Assembly: GCA_964588985.1 (NCBI GenBank)
Contig: CAZPQW010000031.1
Coordinates: 1 to 35,316, forward strand
DNA: 35,316 nt
Reading direction: 5' to 3'
DNA from: an uncultured Solirubrobacteraceae bacterium
GTDB lineage: Bacteria; Actinomycetota; Thermoleophilia; Solirubrobacterales; Solirubrobacteraceae
Position 1 is the stretch's first letter, and every line of letters begins with the position of its first letter. The notes beneath the pieces were generated by a model. The model was given only the letters and a program-made list of their open reading frames with translations, did not search any database and was not told the origin of the DNA. The position numbers and the translations under genes were made by a program. Shown one piece after another: positions 16,648 through 26,600 of the stretch.

Positions 16648-17751
16648 CTAGAGCGCGGCGGCAAGCGCGACTTCGTGCTCGACAATCCATGCATGGATGT
16701 CCGCCAAGATCTCATCCGGGCCACGTCGTGGGCGCCACTCGGTCATCTCGTACAGGTGGGTGCAGTCCGAAATATAGATCGGGATGTCCCCGGGGCGATC
16801 CTCCCCGGCGGGGCGGATATCGACGATCCTACCCGTGATCTCGGCACACAAAGCGGTCGTCTCCTGGAGCGACAGGCTGCAGGCCCGGCCGCCCCCGACG
16901 TTGACCGTTACCCCAGCCCATCGCTCACGATCCCGAAGCTGCTCATGGACGAGGTCGAGTAGATCGTCCACGTGCAGCAGATCGCGCACCTGCTTGCCGG
17001 TCCCGCCAAAACCGATGTAGGAGAGAGGGCGACCGAACTGATGAGCGAGCATCCAATACGTGAAGACGCCCTGGTCGACCTTGCCCATCTGCCAGGGGCC
17101 GGCGACGACTCCGCAGCGGTTGATCACGGCCTCGAGCCCGTACGTCTCGGCGTACTCTTCGATCAGGTGCTCGGCGCAGAGCTTCGTGGCGCCGTATAGC
17201 GTGCGCGCACCCGCAAGTGGGAACGTCTCCCCGATCCCGCGCTTGGACACACCCGGTACCGCCTGCTCGTCGCTCAGCTCCAGGCGAGTGTCGAGCTCGT
17301 CATAGGCGAGCCCCTCGAGCGCAGCCACGGGATACACGCGACTCGTGGACAGGAAGATCAGTTGGGCATCGGTGCGCCGTGCGAGCTCGAGACAGTTGTA
17401 GGCGCCCTCGAGGTTCGTGCGCACCACGTACTCTGGGCTTCCGTTCACACCCGCCATGACCGAGGGCTCCGCGGAGCACTCGATGATCGCATCGACCGAG
17501 CCCGCCTCCAGCAGGTCGTCCAGCTCGCGTACGTCGCCATGGAGGAAGCCCACGTTCGCCTCGCGCAGCCGGGGCAGATTGAGCTCGGAGCCGCGGCGAC
17601 GAAGGTTGTCCAGCGCGATCACCTCCCAGTCCGGATTGCCGGCGGCGAGACCCACGGCGAGACTCGCGCCGATGAAGCCTGCTCCGCCTGTGACGAGAAC
17701 GCGAAGCTTCGTGGGGTTCGTGTCGGGAGGAGTGGAGGGCGGCGCGGGCAT
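16648..17751 (-). CDS. NAD-dependent epimerase/dehydratase, CDP-tyvelose-2-epimerase-like
   Basis: TGGAGFIG, STSRVY, YGATK, GPWQMGKVDQG, GKQVRDLLH, RPGD. Confidence 0.9.
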   Translation of the reverse strand: MPAPPSTPPDTNPTKLRVLVTGGAGFIGASLAVGLAAGNPDWEVIALDNLRRRGSELNLPRLREANVGFLHGDVRELDDLLEAGSVDAIIECSAEPSVMAGVNGSPEYVVRTNLEGAYNCLELARRTDAQLIFLSTSRVYPVAALEGLAYDELDTRLELSDEQAVPGVSKRGIGETFPLAGARTLYGATKLCAEHLIEEYAETYGLEAVINRCGVVAGPWQMGKVDQGVFTYWMLAHQFGRPLSYIGFGGTGKQVRDLLHVDDLLDLVHEQLRDRERWAGVTVNVGGGRACSLSLQETTALCAEITGRIVDIRPAGEDRPGDIPIYISDCTHLYEMTEWRPRRGPDEILADIHAWIVEHEVALAAAL

Positions 17752-17841
17752 GTGGCGTGGTGTGTTGCTGGCGGGTCGCGTCGTGGCCGGACGGACGATT
17801 GCAACGCCGCGGACCGAGCCGGAGACTCTAGGACAACACCG

Positions 17842-20247
17842 CTACCCGGTGAGGCGAGCCAGTTGCGGCTGTGTGCACGCCGGACCGCCCGGCGCGACGG
17901 GCACCCTGACGCCGGGATGCTGCCCGGCATCGCGACGCAGAGCCAGCGCGCAACCCGTCGAGACGCCCGGGTAGGTCGCGAGTTCGATCTCCACCTGACC
18001 GGCTTCCACCGGGTCCCGACGACGTTCGTAGTCTTCGATGAGCGCCACGCCCGCCGCGAGCGAGTCGGCCACGTCGCCAGACTCCACGAAGTACCCACGG
18101 CGCCAACGGTCGAACGCGGGCGTGTGCCCGGCCCCCCGCGCGGCGAGGGCTGCGAACAGCGCTCGACCGGGAGGCTGGATCGAGCTCAGATTGGTGATCG
18201 CCTGAGGCCAGGTCGCGTGACGCATCGCGAGTGCGTAAACGGCCGCGGATGCCTCGGGCGTGCCCGCTTCCGCTGGTATGCGGTGCTCGATCCAGGCAGT
18301 CTGCGCCGCCAGCCGTTCGACATCCGAAGGCCACGCACGCGCGGCCAGGCCCGCCAGTCCAGTCGTGGCTCTCGCGGAGGGGTCGAGTGCGCGCAGCGCT
18401 CTGGCGAGGGGCTCGGGCGACAACGACAGCTCTTCGCGCGTCAGCGTATAGCCACCGAGAGCCGCCATCGCCAGGTCCGAGCCGCTGCTCGGAAGATGGC
18501 GCGCTTGAGCGCGTTCCAGCCTGACGATCGCCAGGGCGCCAGCCTGCGCCGGCTCACCCGCTTCCAGCCACCTTTCCCTGAGCCCTTCGAGGGTGTGATC
18601 GTCGAGCTGTTCGGGCAACTCGCATCGAGGCGTGTCGGGCAGAAGGATCCGATAGAAGCCCGCGAAGGCGCGAATCTCGTAGTTGATCGCGAGGAACTCG
18701 TCGAGCAGGCGCGAGCCAACGTAAGCCGACTTCCCCGCTGGATAGCGGTAGTCGCCGTCGGCCTGGACGACAGGTGCGCGATCGCGGCACAGTTCAGCGA
18801 CCGTTCTCCGCTCGACGTCGGCCGCGTTGACCAGGCCGGGATCGTAGGTCAGCGGCCAGGCCGCCGGCGGCGCGTCGAGCAGGTACCCCACGATCGCGTC
18901 GTTGCTCCATGCGACGTCGTTGCGCAGCTCGACCGACAGCGTCGAGCGACCGTCCAGTCCAAGCGCGCGCCACTGGGCGACGAGCGCTGCCATCGATGCC
19001 GCACCGCCATCTTGCGCCATCGGGATCCTGTTGAACCCGGGAACCACGACGCGGTCATCAACCGGCGGTCGAGCGGTCCAGCTGTCATAGATCGTTCCCG
19101 GTGAGATCCCAGGCACGAACGGATATGCCACGAGGACGATCACCACAACCACCGCCCACGGAGAGAGGCGGCCGACGAGCAGCGCGCCGGCGACCCAGAA
19201 CACGGGATTGCCGATCTTCCCGTATGTAGTACTGAACCGCGCCGCCTGACCGTAAAGCACCACCGCACAGACCAGCAGCATGAACGGGGTCAGATAGCTG
19301 CGATCGCGCTGGAGCAGCCGGCGGCGCCCGGATGGTATGAGCAACATCGCACCTGCAGCGAGCGTCACCAGCGCCGAGAGGCCGTAGGAGCCCACCACGG
19401 TGGCTCCTGTGGATTCTCCGAGTTGCAGATGCAGAAGCCGATTCAGCCGATCCGTGATCAGGTGCCATTCGATCGGCTGGCCCCGCTGGGCGTGAAAGCC
19501 CGACGACGACGAGGAGAGCGTGTAGCGGACGAACCACCACAGATGGCGCCAGCCCCCGGTGATCAACACGATCAGCGTGGGCAGAGCGGCCATCACGAGC
19601 GCGGCCAGGCACAGAACAGCACGACGGCGCCCGCGCGCAAGCACGACCAGGAGTACGACCGCCCACAGCACCGTGAAGATCGCGTACTCGGTGCGTGCCC
19701 AGCCAGCCAGCGAGCAGATGAAGGCGGCCAGCAGCAGCTGCCTCGGGTGCTCCGCCGCCGCCGCCTGAAGCGTGCCCTCCGACGAGCGTCGCACCGCGCG
19801 ATCCACGATCAGCGCGAAGCCGAACAACGCCGCAAAGCCCATCGAATACCGCGGGGTGGCCGAGGTGATCGTGATCAACCCCACCAGCACACCGAGCGCC
19901 GGCCCGCACCGTCGCCACACCAGCGGCGTCACCAGGAGCGTGACTATCGCCGGAAACACGCCGTAGACGAGCCTCAGCGCGAACACCCCGTTCACTCCGA
20001 GAAGATGAGGAAGCACCCCCGGGATTCCCAGCCCGATGCCGTAGGGCTCGTAGAAATCCGTGTACGGAAGCTGCCCGTGCAGCAGGTAGGTGACGGTCGT
20101 GTACTCGATCCCGTCGTCGAAGCGCCCAAGCAGTTCCACACGGGCGGCGACCACCATGGTCACGTAACACCAGGTGGCCAACACTCCCCCAATGAGCCAC
20201 GGCAGCCAGGACGGGCTCCTCCAGCGGGGCGGCACGCGAGCGATCAT
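17842..20247 (-). CDS. GT-C-like polytopic membrane glycosyltransferase with a large C-terminal soluble region
   Basis: RFDDGIEY..GQLPYTDFYEPYG after TM1; many TMs; roughly 350 aa of non-TM C-terminus. Confidence 0.75.
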   Translation of the reverse strand: MIARVPPRWRSPSWLPWLIGGVLATWCYVTMVVAARVELLGRFDDGIEYTTVTYLLHGQLPYTDFYEPYGIGLGIPGVLPHLLGVNGVFALRLVYGVFPAIVTLLVTPLVWRRCGPALGVLVGLITITSATPRYSMGFAALFGFALIVDRAVRRSSEGTLQAAAAEHPRQLLLAAFICSLAGWARTEYAIFTVLWAVVLLVVLARGRRRAVLCLAALVMAALPTLIVLITGGWRHLWWFVRYTLSSSSSGFHAQRGQPIEWHLITDRLNRLLHLQLGESTGATVVGSYGLSALVTLAAGAMLLIPSGRRRLLQRDRSYLTPFMLLVCAVVLYGQAARFSTTYGKIGNPVFWVAGALLVGRLSPWAVVVVIVLVAYPFVPGISPGTIYDSWTARPPVDDRVVVPGFNRIPMAQDGGAASMAALVAQWRALGLDGRSTLSVELRNDVAWSNDAIVGYLLDAPPAAWPLTYDPGLVNAADVERRTVAELCRDRAPVVQADGDYRYPAGKSAYVGSRLLDEFLAINYEIRAFAGFYRILLPDTPRCELPEQLDDHTLEGLRERWLEAGEPAQAGALAIVRLERAQARHLPSSGSDLAMAALGGYTLTREELSLSPEPLARALRALDPSARATTGLAGLAARAWPSDVERLAAQTAWIEHRIPAEAGTPEASAAVYALAMRHATWPQAITNLSSIQPPGRALFAALAARGAGHTPAFDRWRRGYFVESGDVADSLAAGVALIEDYERRRDPVEAGQVEIELATYPGVSTGCALALRRDAGQHPGVRVPVAPGGPACTQPQLARLTG

Positions 20248-20327
20248 ACTTGCCGATATCCCGGACTCTTCAAGGCACTCGACCCAGGCGCGATGAGCAA
20301 ACGGCAGCTCTCCTCAACCGCCCGCCC

Positions 20328-21494
20328 ATGACCGGTGCGACGCTCAGCGTATGCTGCCTGGCGAACTCTCCAGGCCCGTTCCTACGAGCGGCGTTGGAAC
20401 CGTTGCGAGAGGTCGCAGACGAGATCGTCCTCGCCGCCGGAGGCCCGGTCGACGAGGAGGATCTGCGGTGCTACGGCGATGTCGCAGACCGGGTCTTCTC
20501 GATCGAGTTCGCTTTCGTCGAGCGGCACCTGGCCTGGCTGCACGCACAATGTCGCAGCGACTGGATCTTGCGGCTCGACGGGGATGAGGTCCCCTCCCCG
20601 GAGATGATCCAAGCGGTGCTCGCCGCGAGAGACGATCGTCGCCTGAGCAGCGTCCTGTTCGCACGCCGCACGCTGTTCCCCACGATCGAGCGCTACATAG
20701 TGCAGGAGCCCTGGTATCCGGACTTCCAAGTCAGGATGGTCCGCAACGACGGCTCGCTGCGGTTCTCCGGGCTGATGCATTCGGCGGCCGAGCGGACCAT
20801 GCCCGCGCGCATGGTGGAGGCCCCCATCTACCATCTGCCGTTCATCGTGAGCAGCGTCGAGGAGCGCCGCGCGCGAGCAGGCCGCTACGAGCAACTACGG
20901 CCCGGGCTGGTCGCGCCCACCGGCCTGCGCGCCAACGACGCCCTACTGCCCGAGACCCTGAGCGAGCTGGCGACGGCCGCGGTGCCGATCGAGGACCAGC
21001 ATCTACTGCAGAGCGTCCTCTCGGCCACCGGTCCAGCGCATGGAGGTACCGACGTGCTGCCGGTATCGCTTCCGGAGATGGACTCGCTGTGGGCAGGCCG
21101 AGAGCTGCCCGAGAGCTCCCTTCGCGCGCGCATCTCGATGCTCGGGACACCTGTTCCCTTCTATCCCGGCGAGCGACGACCGGCCTATTTCAGTGTCCAC
21201 AATCTCGGCAGCGAGCTGTGGGGATGGGACCCCTCTGTGGGACCGTATCTGCACGTCGTGCACCGTTTGCTGCGATCCGACGGGACACCTCTGGACGACT
21301 GGCGTCCGTCGTTCTTCACCGAGTGGGTAAAGCCCGGTATGCAGACAATCGTACCCGGCCATATAGACGGCCCATCAGAGCCAGGCCGCTACAAGTTGGA
21401 GATGAGAGTGCGTCATGCCCCCGAACGACTCTTCGGCGAGGCGCAAGAGATCGAGCTGACGGTCACGACCGAGGGCGCCTGGAAGCGCCCGTAA
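20328..21494 (+). CDS. GT2 glycosyltransferase with C-terminal Ig-like domain
   Basis: DWILRLDGDE, WYPDFQVRMVRN, IYHL; C-terminal beta domain FSVHNLGSELW..PSEPGRYKLEMRV. Start taken at ATG 20328. Confidence 0.8.
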   Translation: MTGATLSVCCLANSPGPFLRAALEPLREVADEIVLAAGGPVDEEDLRCYGDVADRVFSIEFAFVERHLAWLHAQCRSDWILRLDGDEVPSPEMIQAVLAARDDRRLSSVLFARRTLFPTIERYIVQEPWYPDFQVRMVRNDGSLRFSGLMHSAAERTMPARMVEAPIYHLPFIVSSVEERRARAGRYEQLRPGLVAPTGLRANDALLPETLSELATAAVPIEDQHLLQSVLSATGPAHGGTDVLPVSLPEMDSLWAGRELPESSLRARISMLGTPVPFYPGERRPAYFSVHNLGSELWGWDPSVGPYLHVVHRLLRSDGTPLDDWRPSFFTEWVKPGMQTIVPGHIDGPSEPGRYKLEMRVRHAPERLFGEAQEIELTVTTEGAWKRP

Positions 21495-21502
21495 CCACTG
21501 AG

Positions 21503-22375
21503 TCAGAGGTTCTCGGCGATCAGCCGCGCGGAGCGGTTGAAGATCCAGAAGCCAAGAGCGAATACTGCCACCACTATCACCATGGTTGCCGCCAGCGCAG
21601 ACCATCCGCCGAGCACCGCGCCTGCACTGGGGGTCCCGTGGGTGACCATCGCGTGGCGAAATTGCTGGAAGGCGACCGCGAGCGGATTGAGCATGTAAAC
21701 GTGCACGAGCGTGTGACTGAGTTTTTCGCGCACCGTGTCCACCGAGATGATCACCGGCGATGCATAGAAGAGGATCTGCTGGAGAACGTCCCAGATCGGC
21801 TGAATGTCGCGCAGGGTCACGAACAGCGCCGAGAGAAGCATCGCGATCCCCGTGGCGAACACCGCAAGGAACGCGACGATCAACGGCAGCTCGAGCCAGC
21901 TGAGCATTGGAGTCACTCCTTCGATCAGCGCGAAGATCAAGACGACGATCAGGTTCAAACCCAGGTTGAAAGACGCAAGCAGGACGACGGAGAGCGGAAT
22001 CACCAATCTGGGAAACTGGATCTTGCGCACCAGGTTCTCCCGGTCGACGACACTGCGCACGGCCCCGCCGGTCGCTTCGCCGAAGAAAGTGAACAACACG
22101 ATCGAGCCGAGCAGCTGCGCGCCATAGAAATGACTTCCAGGGCCCGTCGAGCTGTTGACATGCGCGACCAGTGTGAAGAACACGTAGAGGACCCCGAATA
22201 GGAGGAACGGTCGCATCAGCTGCCAGAAGTAACCCAAGGCAGAGCCGAAGAACCGCAGCTTGAACTCGTTTCGCGCGATGTTGTAGGTGAGGTGCCAGAA
22301 GCGACCCCAGTCGTCGGTCAGCGCTCGCGGGCCGTGGATCGGCTGCCCGAGCGAAGCCGTGTCGATCGTGCTCAA
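21503..22375 (-). CDS. wzm: Glycan ABC exporter permease
   Basis: GSALGYFWQLMRP, LVRKIQFPR, RDIQPIW, FYASPV, LNPL, terminal IAENL. Confidence 0.95.
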   Translation of the reverse strand: MSTIDTASLGQPIHGPRALTDDWGRFWHLTYNIARNEFKLRFFGSALGYFWQLMRPFLLFGVLYVFFTLVAHVNSSTGPGSHFYGAQLLGSIVLFTFFGEATGGAVRSVVDRENLVRKIQFPRLVIPLSVVLLASFNLGLNLIVVLIFALIEGVTPMLSWLELPLIVAFLAVFATGIAMLLSALFVTLRDIQPIWDVLQQILFYASPVIISVDTVREKLSHTLVHVYMLNPLAVAFQQFRHAMVTHGTPSAGAVLGGWSALAATMVIVVAVFALGFWIFNRSARLIAENL

Positions 22376-23613
22376 GAGACCTCCGCCCCCACCTGTGCGT
22401 CCTTACCGACACGCTCTACGGCGGCCGTAAAGGGCAGATCGACGAATCCACCCGCGGCTGTTACGCCCCCGACCATGAAGTGCATCCCGCGGGGATAGCG
22501 GTCGATCACGTCCAGGTCCCGCCCGCGGCGCATCAGGCTCGCGACGGGGAAGTAGCGACCGGGCGCGAGGTGATTGTCGAAGCGCACCGAGAAGATCGCC
22601 TCTTCGCCCGCCTCGAAGCGCCCGCTCTGGGCGCATTCGCGACCAGTGCTGAGGACGAGTGCCGTGCGCCTGTCCTCGTTCTCGAAGGTCACGCGAAGCG
22701 CGGGGTCCTCGACCTGCTGCTCGAAGGCGACGCGCGCCTTGAACGCAACCGGATACCCCTGGTTGTAGACCGCCCAGCGATCGCCCGCACCGTCCTCGAG
22801 CCATGCATCCACGATCCGTGCAGAACCGTCGCCGACCCGTGCCAGCGTGCCGTCCGCGTCTTCGCGCACCTCACGGCCGAAGTTGAGCTCGAGGTAGCTT
22901 TCGGCAACCTTCTCAGGCTCGCCGAGCACGACAGGCGCGCCCCGCTCGAGCAGGATCGCGCGGTGACAGAAGCGGTTCACCGATCCCATGTCGTGCGTAA
23001 CGAAGACGATCGTCATCCCTTCGTCGCGCATACGATTGAACACGTCGAAGCACTTCTGCTGGAAGGCGGCGTCACCCACCGCCAACACCTCGTCTATCAG
23101 GAGGATGTCGGCGTCGACCTGGATCGCGACCGAGAACGCCAGGCGCACGTACATCCCGGAGGAGTAGTTCTTGAGCTTGAGGTCCTGGAACTCCTCCAGT
23201 TCTGCGAACTCGATGATTCGCTCGTAGCGCGCCCGCGCCTCGCGTGGGCTGAGACCGAGCATGATCCCGTTCATCACCACGTTGTCAAGCGCGGCCAGGT
23301 CGGGGTTGAAACCCACGCCCAACTCGATGAACGTCGACAGGCGCCCGTTGCACCAGATCTGACCCTCATCCACCCCGTAGATACCGGCCATGCACTTCAG
23401 CAGCGTGCTCTTGCCGCTGCCGTTGCGTCCGACGATCCCGAAGAACTCGCCGCGCTCGACCGCGAACGAGATGTCCTTCAGCGCAGGGAACGCCTCGTGG
23501 CGGGAGCGACGCAGCGGATGGAGCACGCGCTCCTTGAGCGTATGGGTCCGTTCCTCTGGCACCCGAAAGGTCTTGCTGACCCGGTCGACCACTAGCGCAG
23601 GCGCGTCACCCAT
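22372..23613 (-). CDS. wzt: Glycan ABC exporter ATPase with C-terminal extension (Wzt-C/CBM-like)
   Basis: Walker A GRNGSGKST, signature YSSGM, Walker B LLIDEVLAVGD, VTHD, and a ~170 aa beta-rich C-terminal domain. Confidence 0.95.
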   Translation of the reverse strand: MGDAPALVVDRVSKTFRVPEERTHTLKERVLHPLRRSRHEAFPALKDISFAVERGEFFGIVGRNGSGKSTLLKCMAGIYGVDEGQIWCNGRLSTFIELGVGFNPDLAALDNVVMNGIMLGLSPREARARYERIIEFAELEEFQDLKLKNYSSGMYVRLAFSVAIQVDADILLIDEVLAVGDAAFQQKCFDVFNRMRDEGMTIVFVTHDMGSVNRFCHRAILLERGAPVVLGEPEKVAESYLELNFGREVREDADGTLARVGDGSARIVDAWLEDGAGDRWAVYNQGYPVAFKARVAFEQQVEDPALRVTFENEDRRTALVLSTGRECAQSGRFEAGEEAIFSVRFDNHLAPGRYFPVASLMRRGRDLDVIDRYPRGMHFMVGGVTAAGGFVDLPFTAAVERVGKDAQVGAEVS

Positions 23614-23621
23614 ATGCCTCT

Positions 23622-23664
23622 AGGGTACCGGTGGGACTGTCGGGCACGGTTATAGTCCCGCCGG
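23622..23664. promoter_or_regulatory. Compact divergent promoter region with an imperfect inverted repeat
   Basis: TATAGT (23651-23656, +) lies 8 nt before GTG 23665. TACCCT (23622-23627, -) lies 8 nt before ATG 23613. Inverted repeat CCGGTGGGACTGT / ATAGTCCCGCCGG. Confidence 0.5.
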
Positions 23665-26600
23665 GTGCACGTCTGCACGGTGATCAACAAGGCCTGGCTG
23701 GCTCACGCCCGCGCGCTGGCCGAATCGCTCCGCGCCCACGAGCCGGACGCCCGCATGTCCGTGCTCGTAGTGGACGAGATCGCGGGCTTCATCGACCCGG
23801 CACAGGAGCCGTTCGAGGTCCTGAGGCCCGCGGATGTGGGCATCGCGGATTTCGCTGCGATGAGCGTCCGCTACAACGTCGTCGAGCTGTGCACGGCGCT
23901 GAAGCCGTGGGCGGTGCGCCACGTCCTCGCGAGCGGAGACACGGCGCTCTACCTGGACAGCGACATGCGCGTATACGCGCCGCTCGACGGATTGAGCGAG
24001 CTGCTGGAGCTGCACCCACTCGTGCTCACACCCCATCTGCTCGACCCACTGCCCGAAGACGGTCGCGTGCCGGACGAGCGTTCGATCCTGATGGCCGGCT
24101 CGTTCAACGCCGGTGTGATCGCCGCCCGCCCGGACGAGGCATCCGCCCGGCTGCTCGAGTGGTGGTCCGACCGCCTGCGCACACAGTCGCGCCTCGATGC
24201 TGCGAATGGCTTGGTCTACGACCAGCGCTGGGCCGACTTGGTCCCGGGCCTGCTCGGCTCGCTCGGGATCTGGCGCGATCCGGGTGTCAACGTCGGCTAT
24301 TGGCGTCTGGGCTCGAGCGCCGTCCGCCGCAGTGAGGGACAGCTCCTGATCGACGGGCAGCCGCTGCGGTGCTTCCACTTCACCGGCTTCGACCCGAGGG
24401 CTCCCGACCGTCTGAGCAGCTACGAGAACCGCGTCTCGCTGGATCGCGAGCCGGCGCTCGCCGAGATGTGCGCCGAGTTTGCCCTGCGCCTCGATGAGTG
24501 CGGCCATGCCGAGAGCAGCCACTGGCCATACGACTTCGGCTCGCTTGCCAACGGCACGCCGATCACGGTCGAGTTGCGCGACCTATGGGATCGGGCGAAC
24601 CGTGAAGGCGCGGTGCGCGAGACACCGTTTACTCCCAACGGACAGAGCGAATTTCTCGACTGGCTCGCCGAGCCCGAGGCAGGAATCAGCCGCGGCAGCC
24701 TCAACCGCTACATGGCAGCGATGATCGAGGCTCGCCCTGAGGTGCGCGAGCGCTTCCCCGACCCGCTCGGGGCAGATCTGGAGCGATACATGTCCTGGAC
24801 ACAGGAGCAGGCAGAGCGTCAGCCGACGAGCGTGCTGGGACTGCTCGGAGCCCGCCCCCAGGCCACCCGGCCGAGCGGCCTACGGGAGCTCGGCCCGGGC
24901 GAGACACTTGGCCTGGAGCGAGGCGAGGCGGTCGTGTGCATCCCCGTCTACGGAGCACCCGAGCTGTTCGCCGAGTGCCTCACGAGCGTTCTCGCCCACA
25001 CGCCGCGGGACGTGCCGATCCTGATCGCCGACGACGCGAGCCCCGATCCGGCGATCCACTCGTTCGTGACCTCGCTCGGGGAGCTGCTCGAGCACGAGGT
25101 CGTCTACCTGAAACAGCCGAGCAACCTCGGATTTCCCGGCAACGTCAACAGCGCGTTCGCCGCGGCCGCGCCGGCGGACGTGATCGTGCTCAACAGCGAC
25201 TGCATCGTGGCCGAGGGCTGGCTGGAGGGGCTCCGCCGGGCCGCGTATTCGGACGCGCTCGTGGCGACCGCCAGCGCGCTCACCAACCACGGCACGATCC
25301 TCTCCGTTCCCGAGCGCAACCGGCCTCGCGCGGGCATACCTCAAGAGCTCGACCTCGAGCGCGTCGCAGGCACGATCCTCGCCCAGTCGATGCGCATCCA
25401 CCCGCATCTGCCCACCGCGATCGGGCACTGCATGTACGTGCGCCGCCAAGCACTGGACCTCATCGGCGACTTCGACCTGGCCTTCTCCCCCGGATATGGG
25501 GAGGAGGTGGACTTCTCGCAGCGCTGCCTGCTGCACGGGCTGGTACACGTGGCGGCAGACGACGTGTTCGTGCTCCATCGCGCAGGCGGCTCGTTCGGCG
25601 AAGACGGCGACGCGAGCCCGGTCCAGAAGGAGCACGACCGGATCGTGGCAGCCCGCTACCCCTATTACGACCGCGCTCAGACCGCCGCCTCAACCACGGA
25701 CTTCGGGCGGCTGCCGCGAGCGATCGCGGCCGCCAAGCGGGCGATCAGCGGCCTATCCGTGACCATCGACGGGCGTTGCCTGGGGCCGTTCGTGACCGGG
25801 ACGCAGGTGCACACACTGCAGCTGATCAAGGCCCTCGACGACACCGACGAAGTGCCCCTGCGCGTGATCGTTCCACCGGATCTGGGCGACTACGCCGCCC
25901 GCGAGCTTGCAACCCGCCCGCGGATCGGGCTCATTCCCCATACCGAGGTCCACCCCGGGATGGACAGGACCAGCATCGCCCATCGTCCGTTTCAGGTGAG
26001 CAGCACGGACGACCTGCGGGTACTGAGCTGCACCGGAGAACGTCAGGTGATCACCCACCAGGACCTGATCGCCTACCGCAACCCCGGCTACTTCCCCGGC
26101 TACCCCCAATGGGATCGCTTCCAGCGGCTCACCGCGCGGGCGCTCGCCGTAGCGGACATGGTCGTGTTCTTCTCCCATCACGCGGCCAGCGACGCGCTGA
26201 GCGAGGATCTCGTCGATCCGACAAGGGTGCGGGTGGTGTACATCGGCGTCGACCACGCCGACACGCCGTCGTCGGGCGCGGCGCGGCCGCCGCGGGATGC
26301 CGACGAGCTTTCGTGCAAGCCCTTCCTGCTCTGCCTCGGCACCGACTTCAGGCACAAGAACCGCGTGTTCGCGCTGCGCCTGCTCGAGGCGCTGCGCGAC
26401 CAGCAGGGGCAGGATGTGGCGCTCGTGCTGGCAGGCCCACGCGTGGCCGAAGGCTCCTCCGCCGGCGAGGAGGCCGCCTACCTGGCCACACGCCCGGAGC
26501 TGGCGCGCGAGGTGAGGATCCTCCCCGCTGTCGACGACGACGAGAAGGAGTGGCTGCTGGAGCATTGCGCCGCGGTGCTCTACCCGACCACGTACGAGGG

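Noticed and set aside
15562-17751. Assigning rfbE / tyvelose biosynthesis to the SDR pair
   Set aside because: The upstream CDP-sugar genes are not in the window and one copy lacks the catalytic Tyr, so the substrate cannot be assigned.
17362-19104. Long alternative-frame ORFs (e.g. 17362-19104 +, 24936-26762 +, 13174-14655 -, 11331-12623 -, 30298-31635 +, 3908-5110 +)
   Set aside because: They are shadow frames of well-supported genes, Arg/Ala/Gly-rich with no motifs, and are expected in high-GC DNA where stop codons are rare.
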